64,000 nt of DNA from Escherichia phage vB_EcoM-P3322, in sequence record PV191315.1; one strand, 5' to 3'. Below are positions 35,033 through 44,037 of this stretch, in pieces. The position numbers and the translations under genes were made by a program. The notes beneath the pieces are model-generated. The model was given only the letters and a program-made list of their open reading frames with translations. It was not told the DNA's origin and did not search any database. Numbering within the stretch: the stretch's first letter is position 1; each line of letters starts with the position of its first letter.

Positions 35033-35062
35033 CAACTCCTACCAAACAAAAGGAGAAAACAA

Positions 35063-35506
35063 ATGCAAAACATCCAAAACATCAAACTGACTTGGCCCGA
35101 AGCTAAAGAAGCAATGAAGGAAGGTAGACGTGTTGAGCACCGCCATTTTTGTGGTGGCGAATGGTTTGAGATGCGAGATGGTGTTATTCTCGACGAACAA
35201 GGTTATAACATGGAAACTTGGTTCAGAGGGGAAGCTTGGCAGGAAGAGGGTTGGTCTGTAATTGAAAAAGAAGACAGTAAGGAAGAAGGCGTGTTGTCTA
35301 ATGTAGAACGCGAGATGAGGGAAACAAAGATACCTGCTTTGGATTTTGTATACCTGGAAGAACTTGTGGCAGCATCTTTTGTAGCAGGAAACCTTTGGAA
35401 TACACCTGTTAGCCGACTGGAGAACCTAAATAACCCGTCTGCTCGTAATCACAAGCTTTATAAGGGTAAAGGTCACAACAAATTAAAGAAAGGAAAGAAG
35501 AAATGA
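35063..35506 (+). CDS. hypothetical protein, possible DUF2829-like N-terminus
   Basis: 147 aa; N-terminal LTWPEAKEAMKEGRRVEHRHF...W pattern; Lys-rich C-terminal tail. Confidence 0.5.
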   Translation: MQNIQNIKLTWPEAKEAMKEGRRVEHRHFCGGEWFEMRDGVILDEQGYNMETWFRGEAWQEEGWSVIEKEDSKEEGVLSNVEREMRETKIPALDFVYLEELVAASFVAGNLWNTPVSRLENLNNPSARNHKLYKGKGHNKLKKGKKK

Positions 35507-35652
35507 TCTACAAAAACAAGTTCACTGGTTGTCTCCGTAAATTTATCAATAAGAAAGGGTATGTTTCTCTTGACAAGGGTGTTACGTGGGTGCAAAATGG
35601 CACTTCAGAACAACTGATCAAGGCTTTACCTTACTATGAGGAGGTTTTATGA
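35503..35652 (+). CDS. hypothetical small protein
   Basis: 49-aa ORF; ATGA start/stop overlap on both sides. Confidence 0.35.
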   Translation: MIYKNKFTGCLRKFINKKGYVSLDKGVTWVQNGTSEQLIKALPYYEEVL

Positions 35653-35909
35653 CACTTTATCACGTAACTACAGAAGGCGACTGTGAAGGCCGCACTACAA
35701 AAGATTTGGGGTATGTTGAAGCAGATTCACCTGAACATGCTATCAAATACCTGCATTCCATCGGGAAGTATGCGGGTTATGAGTATACTATCTACGAGGT
35801 TGAAATTATTAACCTTATACAAGTGGCAACTCCTATGGCAGAGTTGAAACATCTTAAGGCAAAAGTAAGACCTGGTATAGTGTCCGATTACAAAGGGGAA
35901 GTAAAGTGA
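35649..35909 (+). CDS. hypothetical protein
   Basis: 86-aa ORF with GAGGAGG RBS. Confidence 0.5.
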   Translation: MTLYHVTTEGDCEGRTTKDLGYVEADSPEHAIKYLHSIGKYAGYEYTIYEVEIINLIQVATPMAELKHLKAKVRPGIVSDYKGEVK

Positions 35910-36118
35910 GTGGATGGATTAAAGTATCTGGTACCGAGGATGTTCCTATCGGAGAGTGGCTTGTAATCATGGCAAACGGCAAGAAGGGATTCTGTGAAGT
36001 TAACAAAACACGCAATGGCACGATAGCTGTTATCAATGGTCATTTTTATTTTGACTTGGCACCTGTGATCGCATACCATGCACTACCAACATATGAAGAG
36101 GAGATTAACAATGGCTAA
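35906..36118 (+). CDS. hypothetical protein
   Basis: 70-aa ORF. Confidence 0.45.
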   Translation: MSGWIKVSGTEDVPIGEWLVIMANGKKGFCEVNKTRNGTIAVINGHFYFDLAPVIAYHALPTYEEEINNG

Positions 36119-36428
36119 CAAAGAACCACATGTATATACTGCACTGGTAAAGCACTTGAACAAAGAACGTAACAGGATCATTGCAGATTATCGTAAATTT
36201 AAACGTAATAGTCTAAATCGTAAATACATGCCACATGCAGCTTTTGACGCTACACGTGCAGTATTTCGTGCAAAGATTGCGGAAATGGATAATCTGCTTA
36301 AGCTTGCACGATTATCTATTCATGCATCCAAAGTAACAGGAGTCACTCACTTCTTTGACTTCGATACTAAAGCACTATATGCACCAGAAGCAGGTGAACA
36401 ATTGATTTATCTACTTACCAAAAAATAA
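36111..36428 (+). CDS. hypothetical protein
   Basis: Start at ATG 36111 (MANKEPHVY) after GAGGAG RBS. Confidence 0.5.
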   Translation: MANKEPHVYTALVKHLNKERNRIIADYRKFKRNSLNRKYMPHAAFDATRAVFRAKIAEMDNLLKLARLSIHASKVTGVTHFFDFDTKALYAPEAGEQLIYLLTKK

Positions 36429-36431
36429 GTG

Positions 36432-36489
36432 TTGACTTTTTTCAAAAAATATGCTACCCTAACCCCGAAGGGTCGAGCGATAGCGAGTA
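36432..36489 (+). promoter_or_regulatory. conserved promoter-like element copy B
   Basis: TTGACT (36432-36437), 17-nt spacer, TACCCT (36455-36460), hairpin ACCCCGAAGGGT, box CGAGCGATAGCGAGTA. Confidence 0.5.
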
Positions 36490-36604
36490 TAGATTATGTA
36501 ATAGATTAATCTCTATCGTTAGATGTTCGAAGAACAGAGATTTAAGTACTTGTTCTTATCGGTAGATGATCGTAAGATCAAGAACAATAATAGGAGAGTG
36601 TGTT

Positions 36605-36802
36605 ATGTTAGTCAGTGAAATACTACCTGACTCTAATGGTAATCAGATCACTGTTGATTGGTTTCCTGGTACTGGTACACTAGATCTAACTGCTGAATGG
36701 TCTGGTGATATTTATGGAGAAGGTGTATTATCATTGTCTACAGAACAAATGATCATCCTTCGTGACTTCTTAATTAGTTTAGATCTAGGAGAAAACAAAT
36801 GA
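36605..36802 (+). CDS. hypothetical protein
   Basis: Start at ATG 36605 (MLVSEILPDS) after AGGAGA RBS. Confidence 0.45.
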   Translation: MLVSEILPDSNGNQITVDWFPGTGTLDLTAEWSGDIYGEGVLSLSTEQMIILRDFLISLDLGENK

Positions 36803-37068
36803 GTAAAACTTCTGTTGAGTTTATCGAGAAATCCCCTGTTCCAAAGTTATACCGTTTATCTGAAATTGAACCTATGTCTGTTTTCTACTACTACGATTCA
36901 GAAGTAAGTGAACAAGAACGGGACTACTACTTAGCTACAGATACAGGTGCAGTGTGCTTAACAGGTTCTCGTGCAGGAGAATACATTGTGACTAGTCGTT
37001 TTAATGAAGCAGATTACTGTTGGGCTAAGGTTGAAACTAAGATTGTCATCAACATCACTAATCATTAA
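36799..37068 (+). CDS. hypothetical protein
   Basis: 89-aa ORF. Confidence 0.5.
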   Translation: MSKTSVEFIEKSPVPKLYRLSEIEPMSVFYYYDSEVSEQERDYYLATDTGAVCLTGSRAGEYIVTSRFNEADYCWAKVETKIVINITNH

Positions 37069-37090
37069 GACTAATCTGACAAAGAGTTAC

Positions 37091-37120
37091 TTGACATGTG
37101 CAAAGCTCTTTGTGTAGAAT
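37091..37120 (+). promoter_or_regulatory. sigma70-like promoter
   Basis: TTGACA (37091-37096), 18-nt spacer, TAGAAT (37115-37120). Confidence 0.5.
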
Positions 37121-37150
37121 AAAGATTCACTTACTAAGGAGATTTTATAA

Positions 37151-37348
37151 ATGGCTACAAAGAAACAGAAAATGAAATGTCTTACTCTCACTGAACTGGG
37201 TCAAGCTTCCAACTGCGTTACTGTTGGTAAGATTTATTCTACAGTTCTTGATAAAGACAACAACAGTTTTACTTTCAAAGATGATAACGGAAACCCTCAA
37301 GTTGGAATCTACCCTTCCTGTGCTTTTGGTACTTGGGAAAAAGTGTAA
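37151..37348 (+). CDS. hypothetical protein
   Basis: 65-aa ORF with AAGGAG RBS. Confidence 0.45.
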   Translation: MATKKQKMKCLTLTELGQASNCVTVGKIYSTVLDKDNNSFTFKDDNGNPQVGIYPSCAFGTWEKV

Positions 37349-37391
37349 CTAATTAGAGGGTATACTTGTAAACAAGATTAAGGAGGCATTT

Positions 37392-37565
37392 ATGGGAGAT
37401 AAACAAAGTAACATCCGTTACGCGCTTTATGGAAGAATGGGTGCAGATTGTGAATGGATGCTTCTGTCGCAACGTATACCCTCTTACAAAGAGGCTCTTG
37501 AAAAAAGAGACTATTACAAACAAACATGGCGTTTTGTCATTTGTAAACACTATTTGGAGGCGTGA
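37392..37565 (+). CDS. hypothetical small protein
   Basis: 57-aa ORF (MGDKQSNIRYALYGRMG...) with AAGGAGG RBS. Confidence 0.35.
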   Translation: MGDKQSNIRYALYGRMGADCEWMLLSQRIPSYKEALEKRDYYKQTWRFVICKHYLEA

Positions 37566-37873
37566 TGAGTACATTATCATTAGCAGTTACGGTGCACCAG
37601 TATTACGAAGAAGCTGTAAAAGATTCAGAAAATCCATCTACATTAGTATTTGAAGATCGGACTGGTCTTAAGTGGGTAGAATCTTGTGGTGAACTTTACT
37701 TTTGGTATCCACAAGGTTGCACAAGTAATTCTAATTTGTATAGTTATGAATTGGAGTATCGTGCGCCTGTAGACGAAGATGATAATTACATCATGTATTA
37801 TGTTAATAATGGTTGCGGTGAAACGTTTAATGTAGTATTCTCTAAAGCCTTGAAGTCCGACGAGGAAATGTAA
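37565..37873 (+). CDS. hypothetical protein, tandem paralog 1
   Basis: TLSLAVTVHQYYEEAVKD...YRAPVDEDDNYIMYYVNNG; paralog of next gene. Confidence 0.5.
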   Translation: MSTLSLAVTVHQYYEEAVKDSENPSTLVFEDRTGLKWVESCGELYFWYPQGCTSNSNLYSYELEYRAPVDEDDNYIMYYVNNGCGETFNVVFSKALKSDEEM

Positions 37874-38178
37874 TGCGGCACAATACGACTTTAAGTTTGG
37901 CAGTTGCAGCCCACATGCTGTACAATGATTCTGTGAAGGATGAGTTGTCGCCTGTGAGTTTAGCTTTCCATCTGATAGACAGGGATTGGATGTTCTCTGG
38001 TGAGGATGAAATCTACTACGTAAATTCACGCGGTTTTATTGAAAGTTTTGAACTTGAACATCGCGCACCAACAGCAGAAGATGATCGTTTTATTATGTTC
38101 TGTGTAAATGATGGTTACGGAGAGGTATATGACGTAGTATTCTTCAAAAACCGACAGAAGACTGAAGAGGAATTCTAA
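37873..38178 (+). CDS. hypothetical protein, tandem paralog 2
   Basis: TLSLAVAAHMLYNDSVKD...HRAPTAEDDRFIMFCVNDG. Confidence 0.5.
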   Translation: MRHNTTLSLAVAAHMLYNDSVKDELSPVSLAFHLIDRDWMFSGEDEIYYVNSRGFIESFELEHRAPTAEDDRFIMFCVNDGYGEVYDVVFFKNRQKTEEEF

Positions 38179-38541
38179 ATGAAAAGGCTACTTTGTGTCC
38201 TGATGTTGATGATTGCCACCAATGCTACAGCCGCCCGTGATGGTTTCAAGATTGGGGTGGAAGGTAGCCAATTCTTCACTTGGTATGGTGGTGAAGCTGT
38301 CTACCAGGTGGATGATAAAAAGTATAACTGTAAGTTTGATCGTATAGATCGTGGAGTGGATAATTGGGGTGACGCTTACAAAGCCACAGGTTTCTATTGC
38401 ACAAAAGATTTATATATTACAGTCAAAGAACCACAAGACAACAGAAAGGTGTTGTTCATTGTGGTAAACCCTGCTAAATTTGAAGAACGTAAAGCTTACT
38501 ATGCAGATATGTTCATTGAATACAAAAAGGAGGAAAAATGA
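38179..38541 (+). CDS. secreted protein
   Basis: Signal peptide MKRLLCVLMLMIATNATAA. Confidence 0.55.
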   Translation: MKRLLCVLMLMIATNATAARDGFKIGVEGSQFFTWYGGEAVYQVDDKKYNCKFDRIDRGVDNWGDAYKATGFYCTKDLYITVKEPQDNRKVLFIVVNPAKFEERKAYYADMFIEYKKEEK

Positions 38542-38900
38542 GAGAAACAATCGTAGATGTTGTTATTAATGGTCAACGTTATGTGCCTGTTGTAGAGAAA
38601 GCTGAACCAGATGCTTTAGATGTTGTTTTTGAAGACGATGATCTTGGCACTGTTACTGTGCGTGAATATTTCAGACGACTGCTCTCTACGCTTTGGGAAG
38701 AAGAAGATAGTTTCAGTGGAAAACGCCCTTTCGGTAACTCTTGCTGGCAGTTCGATTTGATTATTGGTTTGATCGATGCTGGGTACCTGGAAGGTAAAGT
38801 TTATCGTGACGAAGATGGTGGTATAGAAGATACCGACTATGATCGGGAAGAAGCAGATAAACTCATCCAGGGTCTGATCGCACGTATGTGTTTAGGTTAA
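38538..38900 (+). CDS. hypothetical protein
   Basis: 120-aa acidic ORF. Confidence 0.5.
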   Translation: MRETIVDVVINGQRYVPVVEKAEPDALDVVFEDDDLGTVTVREYFRRLLSTLWEEEDSFSGKRPFGNSCWQFDLIIGLIDAGYLEGKVYRDEDGGIEDTDYDREEADKLIQGLIARMCLG

Positions 38901-38901
38901 T

Positions 38902-39270
38902 ATGAAGGTATTAAACTTTTACCATTTAGGCAAAACAATCCCAGAGGGTGCTGTTTATATTGGTAGAGCAATGCCACATATGGGACTAAAAGCCTCTAAG
39001 TTTGCAAATCCTTTTAAGTTAAAAGATGATGAACCACGAGGATCAACCATACAAAGGTATAAAGAGTGGTTGTGGGAGCAAATTCGTTGTGGTAAGATCA
39101 CTCTTGAAGATTTATTAGAGTTAGAAGCGAAAGATTTAGTTTGCTTCTGCTCACCTCAACCTTGTCATGGAGATGTATTGGTAGCAGCCGTAGCTTGGGC
39201 TAGAAAAGAGTGGGACAAAAGGCATCCTACTTATGTAGACAATTATTGGATTTGGGAGGAGAATTTTTGA
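38902..39270 (+). CDS. hypothetical protein, possible DUF4326-like
   Basis: GRAMPHMGL...FANPF...YKEWLW...CFCSPQPCHGDVL pattern. Confidence 0.45.
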   Translation: MKVLNFYHLGKTIPEGAVYIGRAMPHMGLKASKFANPFKLKDDEPRGSTIQRYKEWLWEQIRCGKITLEDLLELEAKDLVCFCSPQPCHGDVLVAAVAWARKEWDKRHPTYVDNYWIWEENF

Positions 39271-39620
39271 AAAATATTATTGATGTAGATGTGTTTGGTA
39301 TCACAACACTACAAGACAAACAAGCAACACTGTATTATCATAAAAAAGAGGACCAAGCTTACATCTACATCGGGGCAGAAAAGTTTGGTGTTGGAGATAT
39401 GGTTTTAAATGTTGAAGGAGATCTTCCTTTAGAACAAAAGTTGAAAGTTTTTCGTTTCACAGGAGATGTTAAACTAGACGGCGTTATCGCAATCCTACAA
39501 GAAGACCATTATTACATGGTAACTTTCGTTACTCCTGCTTTCTCTGGCCTTAATGGAGAAGAAGCTCTTAATGATGTTATTATCTTAAAGATTGGTAATG
39601 CTCTAAACGATGTAAACTAA
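39267..39620 (+). CDS. hypothetical protein
   Basis: Probable TTG start at 39267 after GGAGGAGAA RBS. Confidence 0.45.
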   Translation: MKNIIDVDVFGITTLQDKQATLYYHKKEDQAYIYIGAEKFGVGDMVLNVEGDLPLEQKLKVFRFTGDVKLDGVIAILQEDHYYMVTFVTPAFSGLNGEEALNDVIILKIGNALNDVN

Positions 39621-39633
39621 AGGAGGAGTGAGT

Positions 39634-40143
39634 ATGTTCTTTGATGCAAATTCTCTTTTTGTATCTACAGCAGGGCAATCTGCTGTTAATGCAGAATTTG
39701 AGGAAAGAGAAGAATGGATTGATAATCACAACTACGATCCAAGTAATTTAAACTGGTGCAGTTTGGATGTTGGTAATCTTAGTAGAGATAATGCACTTAG
39801 AGCATACTACTCTGTATATACTGTTGACAATCTTTATCAATACTACGTGTTTCGTAGTCTTATTGTTAATCTTAATTTAGCTGGACGTTTAAAGAACAAT
39901 AAGGCATTCACATTGGGACATTATATTCCCTTCCGTAAAGGTGGTGTGCATTTTCCATGCAATTGGATTATTCAAACACGAAAAGAAAACAGTTTAGCAG
40001 GAGACACCATGCCAAGATTTAAAGATAAGTGGACATGGGAAAAACAAATGGGGTACATTAATGCACATTTGCCACCTAATCTAAAAGAACCTTACGCCAG
40101 CAGAGCTAAGGAAATGATGAGGATTGTCAAGAGTTTTTATTAA
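39634..40143 (+). CDS. putative HNH-type nuclease
   Basis: GHYIPFRKGGVHFPCNWIIQTRKENSLAG resembles the His-Me finger H-x-IP...GG...N...N motif. Confidence 0.45.
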   Translation: MFFDANSLFVSTAGQSAVNAEFEEREEWIDNHNYDPSNLNWCSLDVGNLSRDNALRAYYSVYTVDNLYQYYVFRSLIVNLNLAGRLKNNKAFTLGHYIPFRKGGVHFPCNWIIQTRKENSLAGDTMPRFKDKWTWEKQMGYINAHLPPNLKEPYASRAKEMMRIVKSFY

Positions 40144-40157
40144 GAGAGGAGAAATAC

Positions 40158-41750
40158 GTGTCTACACAATTGAGTTTTACACCTACTGATGAACAATACG
40201 CTATTGAAAGCGGGTATAAAGAAAATCGTTTCGTTACAATTCAAGCTAAATCTGGATCAGGTAAAACGTCAACACTGTATATGTTGGCTAATGGCACAAA
40301 TGATAGTATTCTATATTTGGCATTTAACAAAAGTATGGCAGAGGAAGCTCGACGTAAAATGCCGCCCAATGTTATGTGCCGAACGCTACATTCTATTTGT
40401 TACCAGCGTCTTCCACAAAACCTTCGACACAAATTATCTCGTCCAGAAGGTCAATATGTTAACGTAGCTGGAACTGGTAGTGAGATTGCCAAGAAATTCA
40501 AGATTCAGAACTTGATCGATAAGAATGGTAAAGTGCTACTGACTCGTGCAATGATCGGGTTAATGGTAAAACAAACTTTAGCTAAATATGAGTTTTCTGA
40601 CGATGAACATATCGGACATAAACATTTTCCTAAAGTGCACATGTCAGACCTAAAACGTAAAAACATCAACGAACAAAAACTTATTAACGAAGTTGTTAAA
40701 TATGCGAAGCAACTTTGGCGTGAGCGTATTGATCCTAAATCAGAAACCATTATGACTCATGACACCTATGTGAAACTCTTTGAATTGAGCAAAGAAGATT
40801 TAGGATACGATATTATTTTTGGAGATGAATTCCAGGATGTTAACCCTGCATTCCTGTCTATCCTTCGTAATGCTAAATCGGCTAAACGTATTGTTGTTGT
40901 GGGTGATGAATTTCAGAGTATTTATCAGTTCCGTGGAAGCCAGAACATGATGAAGCAAACGGCTACATATGGGGTTGAGTTGCCTCTGACAGCTTGTTTT
41001 CGCTTTGGTTCTAAAGTTGCGGACATTGCTAATGCGATCCTTTCTGATCGTTCACCTCTGAAGCATCCGCTGGTAGGCAAAGGTTATGATACTGTCACTG
41101 GAAGTTTTCATTCTGATGTGGTAGATTATAGTAAACCTTACACCATTATTTTCCGTAAGAATTTGACTCTGTTGCTCGAAGCTATGGACCGAATCGCTAA
41201 CGGAGAAGAGATTATTATTAACGTAGATACCAAAGATTTCATTTCTATGGTTGATAGTGTTAATGCTTTACGTAGAGGTGATTTGGACAAAGTTAAACAT
41301 GAGACAGTTCTCCCTTACACTTCTTGGGAAGAATTTGTAGAGTGTGCAGAATCAGATCCTGATGCAAAACGACTTTTAAACATTGTTGTTTCTGGTAAAG
41401 CTAATAATATTGCATATACTTTACGTATGCACCGTAACTCTCCAACGGCTAAAGTTACTTTAACTACAGCCCACAAATCAAAAGGTTTGGAGTGGGATCA
41501 GGTTATTGTTGCAAATGACTTCCCTTCCAATTATGATAAGAAGGGTGAGTGGGTAGGTCTTGAAGAATCAGAACGAAATCTTCTGTATGTTGCACATACA
41601 CGTTGTATTAAATGTCTGCAATGGAACCGAACTGTTCAAGAGATTTTAGACATGCATCGTTTAGGTAAGAGCACGGCTCCTGTATCTGAAGAAGATAAGC
41701 TTATAGCTGCCCTTGCTCGTAAGATTAATCAAATCAGAGAGGATCGTTAA
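40158..41750 (+). CDS. UvrD/PcrA-like SF1 DNA helicase
   Basis: GTG start; Walker A AKSGSGKT, Ia LAFNKSMAEEAR, II FGDEFQDVNP, III VVVGDEFQSIYQFRGS, C-terminal TAHKSKGLEWDQVIV. Confidence 0.85.
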   Translation: MSTQLSFTPTDEQYAIESGYKENRFVTIQAKSGSGKTSTLYMLANGTNDSILYLAFNKSMAEEARRKMPPNVMCRTLHSICYQRLPQNLRHKLSRPEGQYVNVAGTGSEIAKKFKIQNLIDKNGKVLLTRAMIGLMVKQTLAKYEFSDDEHIGHKHFPKVHMSDLKRKNINEQKLINEVVKYAKQLWRERIDPKSETIMTHDTYVKLFELSKEDLGYDIIFGDEFQDVNPAFLSILRNAKSAKRIVVVGDEFQSIYQFRGSQNMMKQTATYGVELPLTACFRFGSKVADIANAILSDRSPLKHPLVGKGYDTVTGSFHSDVVDYSKPYTIIFRKNLTLLLEAMDRIANGEEIIINVDTKDFISMVDSVNALRRGDLDKVKHETVLPYTSWEEFVECAESDPDAKRLLNIVVSGKANNIAYTLRMHRNSPTAKVTLTTAHKSKGLEWDQVIVANDFPSNYDKKGEWVGLEESERNLLYVAHTRCIKCLQWNRTVQEILDMHRLGKSTAPVSEEDKLIAALARKINQIREDR

Positions 41751-42002
41751 ATGGCAGGGTATCACATAACAGACATTAAGAAACAATCTTACGGAAGCAT
41801 AGAAAAGATTAAAGAGGAAGTGGAAGAACTTTTCGATGCTGTTGAACAGGATTGCAAAATAATGCAACTTGTTGAACTATCTGATATTATAGGTGCTGTC
41901 GAGGGAGTGTTAGAACAACAGTTCCCAGGTACGACTTTACAAGATTTGATCATTATGTCAAACATTACTAAACGTGCGTTTCGCACAGGAGGAAGGTCAT
42001 GA
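41751..42002 (+). CDS. hypothetical protein, possible MazG-like pyrophosphatase
   Basis: 83 aa; IEKIKEEVEELFDAV...LVELSDIIGAVEGV helical EExxE/D pattern. Confidence 0.4.
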   Translation: MAGYHITDIKKQSYGSIEKIKEEVEELFDAVEQDCKIMQLVELSDIIGAVEGVLEQQFPGTTLQDLIIMSNITKRAFRTGGRS

Positions 42003-42556
42003 ACACAGGTGTGATTGCCGAAGCCATCCAGAGTTATGGACGCTTTGCTGAAATGTTAGATGTTCCTTATTTAGTAGATGCAGATATTTTGGCATTCACA
42101 CTGCCACCTGGCAAAGAAGATGCTCCTTTGGGGCATCCTAATGGGAAGTTTTATGTTGCCAGTGCCGAGCAATCATTCTTGCAAATGGAAAAGGATGGCT
42201 ACGAGTTTATCGCTGGTCATCCCTACATGGCCCTGACACCATGTTACCGCACAGAGGAAGTGTTGGATGATTCTCACTTCAACATCTTCTTGAAGCTGGA
42301 GTTGATTGAGTTCTATCCCAGCTTTGGTGAAGTGAAAGAGTATGCCGAAGAAATGCGATACTTCTTCTGGACCTACTACAAAGTCCAAACAAGAATTGTA
42401 GAAACAGAAATAGGGCTTGACGTGGAAGACATGAATGGTTTAGAATTAGGGTCATTCGGAACAAGATTGTCCCCACAAGGTCATCCATATATTTATGCAA
42501 CAGCCATAGCCGAACCTCGTGCATCTATGGCAATTAACAGGAGGAATCATGATTAA
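41999..42556 (+). CDS. hypothetical protein
   Basis: 185-aa ORF. Confidence 0.5.
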   Translation: MNTGVIAEAIQSYGRFAEMLDVPYLVDADILAFTLPPGKEDAPLGHPNGKFYVASAEQSFLQMEKDGYEFIAGHPYMALTPCYRTEEVLDDSHFNIFLKLELIEFYPSFGEVKEYAEEMRYFFWTYYKVQTRIVETEIGLDVEDMNGLELGSFGTRLSPQGHPYIYATAIAEPRASMAINRRNHD

Positions 42557-43937
42557 TAAATTTGCCCGTAAACAGGAAGTTGCTGAAGCAGCACGTCGCG
42601 CTGGTGTGTATGACAAATTGTGTGAAGGTATTGTGAAGGTGTATGGCTGGGAGGGAGAAGATGATCCAACCTGTTCAGGTGATTTTGCAATGAACGATAT
42701 GACCTTCCCATATATTTCCTACAATGCCTCCACTGGTGAAATAAACGGTGTAACCAGCACCAGTGTTGATCGTTATCCAGACGCAGAACAAACCACAGGA
42801 GGTTACATGTTAGATCTGATTCTTAAGAAATCAGGGTTATTGGGAATCGAAGACGTTTTCGTAGATGCAGATAGTTTATCATTAAGAGATGTTGTTAAAC
42901 TACTGGTAGACTTTAGATTTGCAACAGGTAAAAGCTTCTGGAAGCCAGAAGATGCTGAACGTTTGAAGACAATCGACCCAAGTATGTATGAACTGCCACA
43001 ATATAAAGATAAACAATTCCGCAAGGTTATCTTCTTTGATCGTCAAGCAGGCTTAGATGCAATGCATATTGAAGTTGGGGATTTACCACGCCCACACTCT
43101 GCTGCTACTGGTGATCGCGGCCTTGTAGAAGTCACGGCCCAAGAATTTAAAAATATGTTTGCTGCGAAATACGATGAAGCTGCGCCTGTGCCAAGTATTG
43201 AGGAGCAAGAGGAAGAACAGTTTGTAGCGGAAGATACTGCATTTGAATATCTGCCGAACACAGGTGTTATGCCTTCAGAAGATTTCGTGCAGGTTCGCTT
43301 CAACAATGGTCAAACAGATGTTGCTAAGGGAACAGTATTCACTTGGAATATCGACAATCTGGAAGAGTGGGCGATTAAAGAATACTTCATTCTCCCGCGC
43401 ACGGCAAAATACAACTATAATAATGGTGGACACCGCCCTTGTGGTGGTCACGTAGAAGTTCTCTTTCGTGACGGAACTACGGATAGTGGATCGGCTACGC
43501 ATTTCACTTGGGGTCATGTTGGATATGATCGGGATATTGTTGGTTGGCTTCCAACTAACAACCCTAAACCACGTTACCGTAAGCCTCGTAAGAAGCCGCC
43601 AGTAGGTAAGAAGAGTGTCGTTCGTGTCCTTTACACTACACAGCAGACATACACATTTAAAAATGTGGTAGACGTGCAAGTGACCGAGGAGCGAGTTTAT
43701 ATCCAATATGATCGTGAAGTTACAGAGGGTATTAAAGAATCGGTTACTACCGAAATTGAAAATAAGCTTGTTATGGCAATCATTGTTGAAGAAAGTAAAG
43801 TAGAGAACGGTAAAGCCTACACTGTTCGTGATAGCTTCTTGCGTAACATTGATGGAACTTGGGATTATAATGGACACGATGGGACCGCTGTAAAGAACGG
43901 TAAGATCATGGGAAGACAATTCCTCTCCAAACGATAA
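42549..43937 (+). CDS. hypothetical protein with internal repeats
   Basis: Start at ATG 42549 after AGGAGG RBS; repeated ...G(Q/T)TD...(T/S)xFTW... segments. Confidence 0.55.
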   Translation: MINKFARKQEVAEAARRAGVYDKLCEGIVKVYGWEGEDDPTCSGDFAMNDMTFPYISYNASTGEINGVTSTSVDRYPDAEQTTGGYMLDLILKKSGLLGIEDVFVDADSLSLRDVVKLLVDFRFATGKSFWKPEDAERLKTIDPSMYELPQYKDKQFRKVIFFDRQAGLDAMHIEVGDLPRPHSAATGDRGLVEVTAQEFKNMFAAKYDEAAPVPSIEEQEEEQFVAEDTAFEYLPNTGVMPSEDFVQVRFNNGQTDVAKGTVFTWNIDNLEEWAIKEYFILPRTAKYNYNNGGHRPCGGHVEVLFRDGTTDSGSATHFTWGHVGYDRDIVGWLPTNNPKPRYRKPRKKPPVGKKSVVRVLYTTQQTYTFKNVVDVQVTEERVYIQYDREVTEGIKESVTTEIENKLVMAIIVEESKVENGKAYTVRDSFLRNIDGTWDYNGHDGTAVKNGKIMGRQFLSKR

Positions 43938-43943
43938 AACTTA

Positions 43944-43967
43944 AAGGCGCACTTTGCGCCTTTTTTG
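43944..43967 (+). terminator. intrinsic terminator
   Basis: AAGGCGCACTTTGCGCCTT hairpin followed by TTTTTTG. Confidence 0.7.
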
Positions 43968-44037
43968 ATTTTCCTCAAAGCTTTTTTCGGTTGGAAGAGG
44001 TAGAATAATAGTTCTACTCACAAAATAAGGATTAATA

